A stretch of DNA of 64,000 nucleotides from assembly GCA_014360335.1 (NCBI GenBank), contig JACIXS010000055.1:9582-73581 (forward strand), in the 5' to 3' direction. How positions within the stretch are numbered: the stretch's first letter is position 1; each line of letters begins with the position of its first letter. Below the pieces are notes generated by a model. It was not told the DNA's origin. It did no database searches and saw only the letters and a list, made by a program, of their open reading frames with translations. Below, in pieces: positions 50,782 through 60,902 of the stretch. This DNA is from a bacterium (GTDB lineage Bacteria > DUMJ01). A program made the position numbers and the translations under genes.

Positions 50782-52161
50782 ATGTCAAACCTTGCCTTAC
50801 ATCTGCTCTATAGGCTTATTAATGGGCATCCGTATTTTTCTTGCCATAGGATATTTCTTCCTCAGGAGGAATTTCCTCCTGTATCCATAGAATCTTTTAA
50901 GAGTATAGATGAATATGATGTTTTAGGTTTCTCTATCTCTTACGAGTTGGATTATTTTAATGTTATAGAGATACTTAGAAGGTCCTCTATCCCTATATTA
51001 TCTAAAGAAAGAGATCTATCTCATCCTCTAATAATAGGGGGAGGCATCTGTCTAACATATAATCCTGAGCCACTGGCTGACCTCTTTGATCTTATTCTTA
51101 TAGGTGAAGGGGAAGAGGCTATTGGAGAGATTCTCGATAGGTATGTAGAGGTTAAAGATTCAGTAAGGTCAAGGGAGGACCTTTTACTCTCTTTTGGAGA
51201 CATAGAAGGCGTCTATATACCAAGATTCTACTCCAATGGTATACCTACAGTAGAGGGTCTATCAGAGAAGATAAAAAGAAGAGTTTTTAGAGACTTTAAC
51301 AGAGAGACAGCTTATAGTTGCGTAAGGTCTACAGATACAGTCTTTGGTGATATGTTTCTGATAGAGATAGAGAGAGGGTGCCCGATGGGTTGTAAGTTTT
51401 GTGTTGCAGGGAATATATACCTTCCCTGTAGGATAAAGTCTCTAGATGTTGTGAAAGAACTTGTATCTTCCTATAAAAGCATCTATTCTAAGGTTGGGCT
51501 TATGGGTCCATTAGTAGGTGGCATCCCTTATATAAAAGAGTTAATTAGATGGTTAATAGAAGAAAAAATGGAGGTAAGCGTTGCATCTTTGAGGATATCA
51601 ACCTTAGATGAAGAGTTTCTTGAGCTTCTAAGATTGGCGGGAGAAACTTCTTTGACTATGGCTCCAGAGTTTATGAACGAGGATATAAGATTTTCTCTCG
51701 GTAAGAGGGAGAGTAATGAGAAATTATTGGATGTATTGGAGACATCCTTTAAGGTTGGATTTAAGAATGTAAAATTTTATATGATATTTGGATACGGTGA
51801 GTATGACTTGGAGCTCAATGCGTTGGAGACTTTTAAGAAAAGAATTGGTAAACTTTTAAAGCATTATAAGGCGAACATATCTTTTAACTTTCAGCCTCTT
51901 ATTCCAAAACCTTTTACTCCACTTGAATCTTACAATTCTCTTACTAAGGGAGAACTAGAGGAGCAGAAGAGAAGAATTATAGACATACTCAGAGGAGAGA
52001 GGATTAAGGTTAGTGTTGCCAGTATTAGAGAATCTCTTCTAGAGATGGCACTTTCTAAGGGCGGTAGAAGCATATTCCCTCTAATTCTGAATAGAGATCT
52101 AAAAAAGTTAATGGATAATACATTTATACCATTTAAACCGATAGAGTTTATTGAGATATGA
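50782..52161 (+). CDS. radical SAM protein, TIGR03960-like (B12-binding-like N-domain + Cx3Cx2C core). Coordinates are from the first ATG; the conserved N-terminus extends upstream to about 50650.
   Basis: CPMGCKFC radical SAM motif. The segment ...YPNSYKVGMSNLALHLLY resembles the family's N-terminal domain. Confidence 0.8.
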   Translation: MSNLALHLLYRLINGHPYFSCHRIFLPQEEFPPVSIESFKSIDEYDVLGFSISYELDYFNVIEILRRSSIPILSKERDLSHPLIIGGGICLTYNPEPLADLFDLILIGEGEEAIGEILDRYVEVKDSVRSREDLLLSFGDIEGVYIPRFYSNGIPTVEGLSEKIKRRVFRDFNRETAYSCVRSTDTVFGDMFLIEIERGCPMGCKFCVAGNIYLPCRIKSLDVVKELVSSYKSIYSKVGLMGPLVGGIPYIKELIRWLIEEKMEVSVASLRISTLDEEFLELLRLAGETSLTMAPEFMNEDIRFSLGKRESNEKLLDVLETSFKVGFKNVKFYMIFGYGEYDLELNALETFKKRIGKLLKHYKANISFNFQPLIPKPFTPLESYNSLTKGELEEQKRRIIDILRGERIKVSVASIRESLLEMALSKGGRSIFPLILNRDLKKLMDNTFIPFKPIEFIEI

Positions 52162-53336
52162 AGAGGATATGCAAGATTATATTAGCTAGGGTCATTATAG
52201 GTATAATAGCTTATATCTGTTTTGTTCAGCCTAATGTATGGAGATATGCTTTGGAAACCCTTTCCCCTTCCTATTCGACTATCGATAGGATTGTTAATGC
52301 CAAAGGGGTAATACTATGTAGGGAAAGACTTATAAATAGTCCTGTAAGTGGGATAATGATGAAAATAAAGAATGATTTTACAAGGGTCTCAAAAGGAGAG
52401 ACTATAGCTATTATCTTTCCGACTATCGAAGACTACAACAACTATATAAGAGAGGTTAACAATGTAATAAATTACTATGATAATGCTATAAAGGAAAAGA
52501 ATAATATGATAGAGAATAAAAAAAGGGAGATAGAGAAGACTTATGGTGAGTTAAATAGAGCAAGTGAGCTCCTTAATAGCCTAGTTGCAAATAAGCAGGA
52601 TATCACTGATGTTTTAGGTAAGATTAGCGAATTGAATAACCGTATCGACTCTTTAAAAAGTGAATTAATAGGTTTGATGAAAGAGTTAGAAGGGCTAAAG
52701 AGGGAAAAGATTCACAAATTAGCTAATTTAAGAGAGAATGCAATATCCTCTAACACTAGAGTAACAGTGGATAGCTCTGGTCTAATTTCTTTTAGTATAG
52801 ATGGTAGAGAGGATATTAGAAATGCCATAATAGAAAAGGGGCTTGAAGATAATACAAATCTAAAGATAGATTCTCTTGTAAGGGAACCTAAGGTTATAGA
52901 GGATAGTAGTTTAGTTAAAAAGGGAGACGTTATAGCTAAAGTTATCGATAACTTAGAGCAGTTCGTTATTCTTGAGGTATCTCTTGATGGCAAGTCTCCT
53001 ATTTCACATAGTAGTTATCATCTAAATATAGATGGAAAGGATGTGGGTATTGAGTTTATTAAGTGGGTGAATAGTTATCCTAAGGAACTGTGGTTATGTA
53101 AGATGAAGAGCCCCTACTATATAGGTCCAAAGTATATCTCCTTGAGTATAAATGTTGGAACAGTAGAGGGTTTGGTGGTTCCTAAAAGTTTAATAAAGGA
53201 AGAAGAGGGGAGATACTTTGTCTATATAGTTAATAGTAATTCGATAGAAAAGAGATTTATCGAAATCTTAGGAGGGAATGAGAGGGAAGTGGCTATAAAG
53301 AATGTAGATAAGGATGAGCTTCTATTTGTAGATTAA
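52158..53336 (+). CDS. HlyD-family periplasmic adaptor-like protein (N-terminal TM, long coiled coil, C-terminal beta-barrel), orphan
   Basis: N-terminal TM helix, a coiled-coil middle section (LKSELIGLMKELEGLKREK...), and a C-terminal GLVVPKSLIKEEEGRYFVYIV...EVAIKNVDKDELLFVD segment resembling membrane-fusion protein C-termini. It shares an ATGA overlap with the radical SAM gene. Confidence 0.6.
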   Translation: MKRICKIILARVIIGIIAYICFVQPNVWRYALETLSPSYSTIDRIVNAKGVILCRERLINSPVSGIMMKIKNDFTRVSKGETIAIIFPTIEDYNNYIREVNNVINYYDNAIKEKNNMIENKKREIEKTYGELNRASELLNSLVANKQDITDVLGKISELNNRIDSLKSELIGLMKELEGLKREKIHKLANLRENAISSNTRVTVDSSGLISFSIDGREDIRNAIIEKGLEDNTNLKIDSLVREPKVIEDSSLVKKGDVIAKVIDNLEQFVILEVSLDGKSPISHSSYHLNIDGKDVGIEFIKWVNSYPKELWLCKMKSPYYIGPKYISLSINVGTVEGLVVPKSLIKEEEGRYFVYIVNSNSIEKRFIEILGGNEREVAIKNVDKDELLFVD

Positions 53337-53387
53337 ATCCAATAGTAATGTTATAATCTTTATTAAGCTTTATTGTAGGAGGGAAGT

Positions 53388-53801
53388 ATGTCTAGAATAT
53401 GGAATTTTTTTAAAAGGATGTTTGGAATTGTAGATGAAGACGAGGATTTCCTAGAGTTAGATCCAGATAAAAAGGTTCATAAAGGGATATTTTCTATATC
53501 TACTAAAGAGAGAGAAACAGTTACTGTATTTATATATGGATTAAATAACTATGATGAAGTTAGAAGGATTATAGATGAAGTCAAAGCAGGTAAGATAGTA
53601 GTTGTTAATTTTGAATCTGCTGATAGAAACGAAGCGATAAGGGCTTTAGATTTTGTAAGTGGTGCGGTATATGCTTTAGAGGGAAGTTTGCAAAAGGTTG
53701 GGGATAATGTATTCTTAGCGGTTCCAAAAGGGGTAGAGGTTGAGGATAGTACTTCAAGTCAGACAATTTATCCACCGGGCAATCCGAGGAATGTGATATA
53801 A
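53388..53801 (+). CDS. sepF: cell division protein SepF
   Basis: 137-aa DUF552 fold (VVVNFESADRNEAIRALDFVSGAVYALEGSLQKVGDNVFL). Confidence 0.85.
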   Translation: MSRIWNFFKRMFGIVDEDEDFLELDPDKKVHKGIFSISTKERETVTVFIYGLNNYDEVRRIIDEVKAGKIVVVNFESADRNEAIRALDFVSGAVYALEGSLQKVGDNVFLAVPKGVEVEDSTSSQTIYPPGNPRNVI

Positions 53802-53839
53802 TATCTCAATAGATTGTTGATGGAGGATGTTTCAGCTTT

Positions 53840-55099
53840 ATGAAGCCTAAGTATACATCGCTAAGAGGGGTAAGAGATATACTCCCTGATGAATTAAGAA
53901 ATTGGAGAATAATAGAGGATAAGGCTAGAGAGCTATTTAGAAGATATAACTATAGAGAGATAGAGACCCCTATAATAGAACCTGCAGAGATGTTTGTCAG
54001 GACAGTTGGAGAAGAGAGCGATATAGTAAGAAAGGAGATGTATATTTTTAAAGATAGGGGGGATAGGCTTGTAGCCTTAAGACCAGAAGGTACCGCTCCT
54101 GTTGTAAGAGCCTTTTTGGAGAACAATCTCTACATTCCAGGAAGAGTTGCTAAGTTCTACTATATAGGAGATATGTTTAGATATGATAGACCTCAGGCTG
54201 GTAGACAGAGGGAGTTTCACCAGATAGGGATAGAAGCTTTAGGAGAGTCATCCTATATCTTAGATGTAGAGGTGATAATGTTACTATTAGAGTTCCTAGA
54301 AGAGTTAGGGCTAGCTGATACCATATTGCTACTAAACAGTGTAGGCTGTCCCAACTGTAGGCCAGAGTATTCTAAGGCCCTTAGAGAATTCTTTATCCCT
54401 AATTCTAGTGAATTATGTGAGGATTGTAACGTTAGATTAGAGAATAACCCCCTTAGGATATTAGACTGCAAGGTTGAAGGATGTAAGGAGATAGTTGCTA
54501 AAGCTCCTTCTATAATTGACTATCTATGTGATGACTGTAGGACACATTTTGAAAATGTAAGGTCAGTGCTAGATTCTCTTGGTATCAGATATGTGCTTGA
54601 TACTAGACTGGTGAGGGGTTTGGATTATTACACGAAGACTACATTTGAAGTAACCGTATCTGGTTTGGATCTATCTATAGGTGGAGGGGGAAGGTATGAT
54701 GGGCTTATAAAAGATTTAGGAGGTCCAGACTTACCTGGGATAGGCTTTGCAATAGGTATGGAAAGACTTTTTAATGTTCTTAAAGATAAGAACCTTCTTT
54801 TGAAGGAAGAGGAAGTCCCAGATTATTTTGTTATCTATGATTCTACCCTAGTTACTAAGGCGATAATCCTTAGTAGACTCTTAAGGTATAAAGGTTTTAT
54901 AGTAGAGATGAGCTATACAGCTAAGAGTTTAAAGTCTCAGCTTAAAGAGGCGGATAGGAGTAAGGCGAAGAAGGCTATAATAATGAGAGAAGATCTTTTA
55001 GTTGATAATAAGGTTATTCTTAAAGATATGACTACAGGAGAACAGGAAGAAGTAGGGCTAGATAAATTGGAGGTATCTTTAATTGGACAAAGAATTTAA
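53840..55099 (+). CDS. hisS: histidine--tRNA ligase
   Basis: Class II aaRS motifs plus a HisRS anticodon-binding domain; 419 aa. Confidence 0.95.
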   Translation: MKPKYTSLRGVRDILPDELRNWRIIEDKARELFRRYNYREIETPIIEPAEMFVRTVGEESDIVRKEMYIFKDRGDRLVALRPEGTAPVVRAFLENNLYIPGRVAKFYYIGDMFRYDRPQAGRQREFHQIGIEALGESSYILDVEVIMLLLEFLEELGLADTILLLNSVGCPNCRPEYSKALREFFIPNSSELCEDCNVRLENNPLRILDCKVEGCKEIVAKAPSIIDYLCDDCRTHFENVRSVLDSLGIRYVLDTRLVRGLDYYTKTTFEVTVSGLDLSIGGGGRYDGLIKDLGGPDLPGIGFAIGMERLFNVLKDKNLLLKEEEVPDYFVIYDSTLVTKAIILSRLLRYKGFIVEMSYTAKSLKSQLKEADRSKAKKAIIMREDLLVDNKVILKDMTTGEQEEVGLDKLEVSLIGQRI

Positions 55100-56840
55100 A
55101 AGAACTGACTATTGTGGAAATTTTGGAGTAAAAGATGTTGGAAAAGAGGTAGTTTTAAATGGGTGGGTCCATAGACGTAGGGACCATGGAGGATTAATAT
55201 TTATAGACCTAAGGGATAGAACTGGTATTATACAGCTTGTATTTGACCCAGTAAATAGTAAGGATGCTTTTGAGATAGCTCAAGAGTTAAAGAATGAATG
55301 GGTTATAGGGGTAAGAGGACAGGTAGTTAGAAGACCAGCCGGTTCTGAAAATCCTAAGATCTCTACAGGAGAGATTGAAGTCTTAGTCGATAGAATAAAG
55401 GTCTTTTCTAAATCTAAAGTCTTACCTTTCAATGTTAATGAAGAAGAAAAGATTGATGAGTATATTAGGTTAAAGTATAGATTCTTAGACCTAAGAAGGC
55501 CTAGATTACAGAAGAATATAGAATTGAGACATAGAATTACCCAGGCAGTTAGGAGATACCTTACAGATAGTGGCTTTTGGGAGGTAGAAACCCCTATGCT
55601 TACTAGGAGTACTCCAGAAGGAGCTAGGGATTATCTTGTTCCTAGTAGGGTTCATAGGGGAAAGTTCTACGCCCTGCCTCAATCTCCACAGCTCTTTAAG
55701 CAGATGCTTATGATAGCAGGTATAGATAGGTATTTTCAGATAGCGAGATGCTTTAGAGACGAAGACCTAAGGGCTGATAGACAACCAGAATTTACCCAGA
55801 TAGATATAGAGGCTTCATTTATAGATGAAGAGGATATCTTTAATATAGTAGAAGGACTTATGTATTCAATATTCAGAGAGGCTTTAGATATTGAGCTCTC
55901 TTTACCGTTTCCTAGGATGTCCTATCAAGAGGCATATGATAAGTATGGCACAGATAAGCCCGACCTTAGATATGATACGGTACTTTACGATGTATCTAGT
56001 GTTGCAAATCTTATCCCCTTTCCTCCCTTCCAGGGTAGAGAGGTAATAGCCTTGAGGATACCAAAAGGGCAAGACATAACGAGAAAGGTTATAGATGAAT
56101 TGACTGAGTCTGCTAAGGCTCTTGGAGCAAAAGGTTTAGCTTGGCTTAGCCTTCAAGAAGAACCTAGGGGTCCATTTAGTAAACTGTTAACCGATGGCAT
56201 TATAGATCAGATGAAGAGACTTACAGACGCTACAGATGGAGACCTATTACTATTTATAGCGGATGAGCCCCGTATTGCAAGGGAAACAATTGGAAGATTT
56301 AGGTTGGAGGTAAACAAGAGATTCTTCCAACCAAATACTCAATATGCCTTCGTCTGGGTAGTAGATTTTCCATTATTTTCATTTAATAAAGAAGAAAATA
56401 GGATAGAGGCTGAACATCACCCATTTACCTCTCCAAAAGCAGAGGATATTGGTCTTTTAGAAATTGACCCTCTAAAGGTAAGGGCAAACGCTTATGACTT
56501 GGTCCTAAACGGTGTAGAGCTTGGAAGTGGTAGTATAAGAAATAGTGACCCGGAGATGCAAATGAAGATATTTTCTATCCTAGGTTTAGATGAGGCTACT
56601 TCTTATAAGAAGTTTGGTTTCTTATTAGACGCTCTCTCTTACGGAGCTCCTCCTCACGGTGGAATAGCCCTAGGTTTAGATAGGATAGTTGCTATTATGG
56701 CAGGCGAGGAGAGTATAAGAGAGGTCCTAGCATTTCCAAAGACACAGAGTGCCTTTTGCCCTCTAACAGAGGCTCCTTCAGATGTAGAAGATAGACAGCT
56801 GGATGAACTTGGTATTTTGGTAAAAAAGGAGGAGGATTAG
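55083..56840 (+). CDS. aspS: aspartate--tRNA ligase
   Basis: OB-fold N-domain, class II core with the bacterial GAD insertion, and the QSPQ motif. Confidence 0.95.
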   Translation: MDKEFKRTDYCGNFGVKDVGKEVVLNGWVHRRRDHGGLIFIDLRDRTGIIQLVFDPVNSKDAFEIAQELKNEWVIGVRGQVVRRPAGSENPKISTGEIEVLVDRIKVFSKSKVLPFNVNEEEKIDEYIRLKYRFLDLRRPRLQKNIELRHRITQAVRRYLTDSGFWEVETPMLTRSTPEGARDYLVPSRVHRGKFYALPQSPQLFKQMLMIAGIDRYFQIARCFRDEDLRADRQPEFTQIDIEASFIDEEDIFNIVEGLMYSIFREALDIELSLPFPRMSYQEAYDKYGTDKPDLRYDTVLYDVSSVANLIPFPPFQGREVIALRIPKGQDITRKVIDELTESAKALGAKGLAWLSLQEEPRGPFSKLLTDGIIDQMKRLTDATDGDLLLFIADEPRIARETIGRFRLEVNKRFFQPNTQYAFVWVVDFPLFSFNKEENRIEAEHHPFTSPKAEDIGLLEIDPLKVRANAYDLVLNGVELGSGSIRNSDPEMQMKIFSILGLDEATSYKKFGFLLDALSYGAPPHGGIALGLDRIVAIMAGEESIREVLAFPKTQSAFCPLTEAPSDVEDRQLDELGILVKKEED

Positions 56841-56843
56841 CCT

Positions 56844-57638
56844 ATGAATATACTGGTGCCTGCTTTGATCTTGGGGGTAATTGGTGCTGGGGTTGGGACT
56901 TTACTGTCACTAGCCCATAAGGTTTTTTACGTTGAAACTTCAGAGTTACAGCGGAGGATTAGAGCGGTCCTTCCTGGGGCTAATTGTGGTGCATGCGGAT
57001 ATCCTGGTTGTGATGGGTTAGCAGAGGCTATATCTAAAGGGAATGCTTCTGTAAATAGTTGTCCAGTAGGAGGAGAAAGTACCGCTAGAGAAATAGCTTC
57101 TATTCTTGGTGTAGAAACCCTATCTATTCAAGAGACAAAATTAATACTATTTTGTTCTGGAACGAAGGATAAAGCTCTTAGAAAATTTGACTATACCGGT
57201 ATAAAGGATTGCCATATACGTTCTATTATATGGGGTGGAGATGTTTCTTGTCCTTATAGTTGTCTTGGGGGAGGGACCTGTGTTGAAAGTTGTCCGTTCT
57301 CTGCCTTAAGTATGGGAGAAGATGGGCTTCCTCAGATAGATTATCTCAAGTGCAAAACTTGTGGTATCTGTGTTCAGGTTTGTCCGAGACATCTCTTCGC
57401 CTTAGTACCAAAGAATACCAAAGTCATAGTAGCCTGTAGCGCTAGAGAGTTATCTGGAAGAGATACTAGAAAGGTATGTAGCGCAGGATGTATAAAGTGT
57501 GGAATGTGTGCAAGGGTGTGCCCAGTTGGGGCTATAAAGATGGAGAATAATTGGCCTGTAATAGATCAGGATAAGTGTATTGCCTGTGGAGCCTGTGTTG
57601 AGAAGTGTCCAGTCCATGTTATGCACCTCGTCGTATAA
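56844..57638 (+). CDS. rnfB: RnfB-like membrane-anchored polyferredoxin (orphan; no other rnf genes adjacent)
   Basis: N-terminal TM helix, a CGACGYPGC Fe-S domain, then several 4Fe-4S ferredoxin CxxCxxCxxxCP motifs. Confidence 0.8.
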   Translation: MNILVPALILGVIGAGVGTLLSLAHKVFYVETSELQRRIRAVLPGANCGACGYPGCDGLAEAISKGNASVNSCPVGGESTAREIASILGVETLSIQETKLILFCSGTKDKALRKFDYTGIKDCHIRSIIWGGDVSCPYSCLGGGTCVESCPFSALSMGEDGLPQIDYLKCKTCGICVQVCPRHLFALVPKNTKVIVACSARELSGRDTRKVCSAGCIKCGMCARVCPVGAIKMENNWPVIDQDKCIACGACVEKCPVHVMHLVV

Positions 57639-58633
57639 GAAGCTATCTTATTGTAATAGTAGGAGTACTGGTAGTCTTAGTATTATATTGGAGGTATACA
57701 GAGTTATCTCATAATATCACCAAAGCGACAGCCTTTTTGATGGATACACTAGTAACCATAGAGATAGAGGACGCTGGTGGGCTCGATTTAGTAGCAAATA
57801 AAGGGATAGAGATAATGCAAGATTTACAGAATAAGTTTGACGTAAACATTAGTTCAAGTGATGTAGCTAGGATTAATGCTTCTTCTGGAATAAACCCTGT
57901 AGAGGTTTCAGCGGATACGTTAGAGTTATTGGAAGAGGCAATAAGGATATCAAGACTCACCAAAGGGGCATTTGATATAACTATAGGGGCTTTGACCAAA
58001 GAGTGGGGTTTTACAGATGGTAATTACAGGGTCCCTAGCGAAAGGGAGATAAAGGATAGATTAAAATTGGTAAATTATAACGATATAAAGATATATGATT
58101 CAAAGGTAGAGTTAGCTAAAAGAGGAATGTTTTTAGACCTTGGAGGGATAGCAAAGGGCTATGCTGTAGATAAGGTCTATGAATTCTTAAAGAGTAAAGG
58201 AATAAAGAGGGCTATTATAAATGCAGGTGGAACAATAAAAACAATAGAGAGAGAACCTAAGAGGATATGGAAGATAGGTATAAAGGACCCTACTGGAAGT
58301 AAGGGTATCCTTGGAGTTCTTTATCTGGATTCTGGTTTGGCGGTGGCTACTTCTGGGGATTATGAACGTTATTTTATAAAGGATGGAGTTAAATACCATC
58401 ATCTTTTGAACCCAAAGACAGGATACCCGTCAAAGCTCTGTAAGAGCGTTACCGTTGTAAGTAAAAAAGCGGTTGAGGCGGATGCATTATCAACAGCTAT
58501 ATTTGTATTAGGTCCTAAAGAGGGATTAACTTTAGCTGAAAGGTTAGGTATAGGGGTAGTAATAGTAGACTCGGAGAATAATATCCTTGTATCGGATAAC
58601 CTTAAGGATAGGTTTAAACTGAATGGAAAATAA
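57605..58633 (+). CDS. apbE: FAD:protein FMN transferase ApbE (GTG start inside the rnfB 3' end; N-terminal TM anchor)
   Basis: ApbE family core (FDITIGA...DLGGIAKGYAVD...ATSGDYERYF). The TM helix is encoded before the first ATG, so the GTG at 57605 is required. Confidence 0.85.
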   Translation: MSSPCYAPRRIRSYLIVIVGVLVVLVLYWRYTELSHNITKATAFLMDTLVTIEIEDAGGLDLVANKGIEIMQDLQNKFDVNISSSDVARINASSGINPVEVSADTLELLEEAIRISRLTKGAFDITIGALTKEWGFTDGNYRVPSEREIKDRLKLVNYNDIKIYDSKVELAKRGMFLDLGGIAKGYAVDKVYEFLKSKGIKRAIINAGGTIKTIEREPKRIWKIGIKDPTGSKGILGVLYLDSGLAVATSGDYERYFIKDGVKYHHLLNPKTGYPSKLCKSVTVVSKKAVEADALSTAIFVLGPKEGLTLAERLGIGVVIVDSENNILVSDNLKDRFKLNGK

Positions 58634-59114
58634 GAAGTTAGTAAGATTATCCTTAATGTTAACTTTAGGGCTTATACTGGGACTATTAGAAAGTATCTTA
58701 CCTCCACTACCTATACCGGGGGTAAAGTTGGGATTGGCAAATATAGTAAACGTGGTAGTGTTATACTCTGATGGATTTGTTGAGAGTTTACTCCTTTCCC
58801 TAGCTAGGGTTATGATATTATCCATCTTTCTAGGTAGCTTCCTCTCTATAACCTTTTATATCTCTTTAAGCGGTGCCTTAGCCAGTGTTACAGGGATGTC
58901 ATTAGTGTATAATCTCTTTGGTAGAGACCTTTCCCCTATATCGTTAAGTTCTTTTGGAGCCTTTATGCATATATGTGCCCAACTGTTAACGGTAAGCATC
59001 TTAATGAATACTAGAGATGTCTTGTATCTTTTCCCTCTTCTTTCTATCTTAGGAGTTATGACAGGTATTATTACAGGGGTAATATCTTCTTATATCTTGA
59101 AGTTAAAACTATGA
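58623..59114 (+). CDS. Gx transporter family membrane protein (heptaprenyl diphosphate synthase component I-like, PF07456)
   Basis: 163-aa, 5-TM small protein with the LPPLPIPGVKLGLANIV N-terminal pattern. It sits adjacent to apbE. Confidence 0.6.
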   Translation: MENKKLVRLSLMLTLGLILGLLESILPPLPIPGVKLGLANIVNVVVLYSDGFVESLLLSLARVMILSIFLGSFLSITFYISLSGALASVTGMSLVYNLFGRDLSPISLSSFGAFMHICAQLLTVSILMNTRDVLYLFPLLSILGVMTGIITGVISSYILKLKL

Positions 59115-59695
59115 GGGTAAAACTAGTTTTGGCATCTGGTTCTCCTAGAAGGATAGAGCTTTTAAATAAGCTAGGTATAGCGTTTGAGGTGGTGCCAAGC
59201 AATATAGAAGAACCTGAACCTCTACCAGGGGAAGACCCTGTAAGTTTTGCAAAGAGTGTTGCGACACTGAAGGCTGATAAGGTAAGCCAGAATGTAATAG
59301 AAGGTTTTATCCTTGGAACAGATACAATAGTTGAGATTTCTGGCTTAATACTTGGAAAACCTACTGGGAGGGACTCAGCCAGAGATATGTTGAGGTTATT
59401 ATCTGGTAGGATCCATAGAGTAATTACAGGCTTTACTATTATAGATAGTAGAAGAAAGAGACTAATTTCAGATTCTGCTATTACCGTAGTGAAGTTTCGT
59501 AGATTGAAAGAAGAAGATATCGAAGACTATCTAGATAAAGGGGAGTATATGGATAAGGCAGGTGCCTATGCGATACAGGGATATGGTAGTAACTTTATAG
59601 AGTATATAAGAGGATGTTATTATAATGTGATGGGGCTCCCTATAGAGAGGATTATAGGAGCCCTTAAACATCTTTTGTTAGAGGAGGAGATATGA
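59111..59695 (+). CDS. maf: Maf-like nucleoside triphosphate pyrophosphatase
   Basis: N-terminus [10 protein letters not shown] plus the conserved Maf core; lies in the maf-mreBCD arrangement. Confidence 0.9.
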   Translation: MRVKLVLASGSPRRIELLNKLGIAFEVVPSNIEEPEPLPGEDPVSFAKSVATLKADKVSQNVIEGFILGTDTIVEISGLILGKPTGRDSARDMLRLLSGRIHRVITGFTIIDSRRKRLISDSAITVVKFRRLKEEDIEDYLDKGEYMDKAGAYAIQGYGSNFIEYIRGCYYNVMGLPIERIIGALKHLLLEEEI

Positions 59696-60720
59696 GTATC
59701 TTTTCTAAAGATATTGGAATAGACCTTGGCACATCAAATACTGTTGTCTTTTTAAGAGGCAAAGGGATAGTCTTGAGAGAGCCTACGGTTATAGCTGTGA
59801 GTAAAGGCTCTTCGGAGATCCTAGCGGTCGGAGAAGACGCAAAGAAGATGCTAGGAAGAACCCCCAGTGATATTATAGCCATAAGGCCTATGAAAGATGG
59901 AGTTATAGCAGACTTTGAGATAACACAGACTATGCTAGAGTACTTTATAAGTAAGGCTCAAGGGAAAAGAAGTCTTTTGAGACCTAGGGTAGTTATTGGG
60001 ATTCCAAGTGGTAGTACTGAAGTAGAGAGAAGGGCGGTTTATAGTGCAGCTTTGAGGGCTGGGGCAAGGGAAGTCTATCTTGTGGATGAACCTATGGCAG
60101 CTGCTATAGGGGCAGGCTTACCTGTGGCAGAACCAAGAGGTAGTATGATAGTCGATATAGGCGGAGGGACTACCGAAATAGCAGTTATCTCTTTGGGTGG
60201 AATTGTCACGTCTAAGTCTATAAGGATAGCAGGAGATGAGATGGATGAAGCTATTATACAGTATGTAAAGAAAGAGTATAATCTCCTTATAGGAGAAAGG
60301 ACAGCGGAAGAGGTCAAGATAAAGATAGGTTCTGCCTATCCTCTAGAGCCTGAAATGACAATAGAGATAAAGGGTAGAGACCTTTTGACAGGACTTCCCA
60401 AGACTATAGAGGTAAGTAGTGAAGAGATTCGTGGTGCCCTACAGCCTGTAGTATCTGCTATTGTTGATGCTGTAAAATCAGCTTTAGAGGCAACCCCACC
60501 TGAACTTGCAAGTGATATAGTGGAGCGAGGCATTATACTTGCGGGAGGAGGTGCCTTGCTTAAAGGAATCGATAGAGTCTTATCCCAAGAGACAGAGATG
60601 CCGGTATTTGTGTCTGACGATCCACTATCGTGTGTAGCCTTAGGAACGGGGAAGATACTAGAAGAGGTTGATATATTGAAGAGGGTTACTAGCTATAAAG
60701 GAAGAGGTGGAGGGCTCTGA
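59692..60720 (+). CDS. mreB: rod shape-determining actin homologue MreB
   Basis: Actin fold ([11 protein letters not shown] ... [12 protein letters not shown]); 342 aa. Confidence 0.97.
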   Translation: MSIFSKDIGIDLGTSNTVVFLRGKGIVLREPTVIAVSKGSSEILAVGEDAKKMLGRTPSDIIAIRPMKDGVIADFEITQTMLEYFISKAQGKRSLLRPRVVIGIPSGSTEVERRAVYSAALRAGAREVYLVDEPMAAAIGAGLPVAEPRGSMIVDIGGGTTEIAVISLGGIVTSKSIRIAGDEMDEAIIQYVKKEYNLLIGERTAEEVKIKIGSAYPLEPEMTIEIKGRDLLTGLPKTIEVSSEEIRGALQPVVSAIVDAVKSALEATPPELASDIVERGIILAGGGALLKGIDRVLSQETEMPVFVSDDPLSCVALGTGKILEEVDILKRVTSYKGRGGGL

Positions 60721-60902
60721 GAAATCTCCTTATTACCCTTCTAATAATATCCCTGTGTCTTCTTATAGTCTTTATAGATACGGTAAGCTCTAGAGGGGAG
60801 AATCCTGTAGAGAAGATACTAAATTTCATAAGGGATGTTGGAGGACTCATCTCTAAAGCAAAGAACTCTATCGAAGATGGATCTCAAATTGTATACGTAT
60901 TT

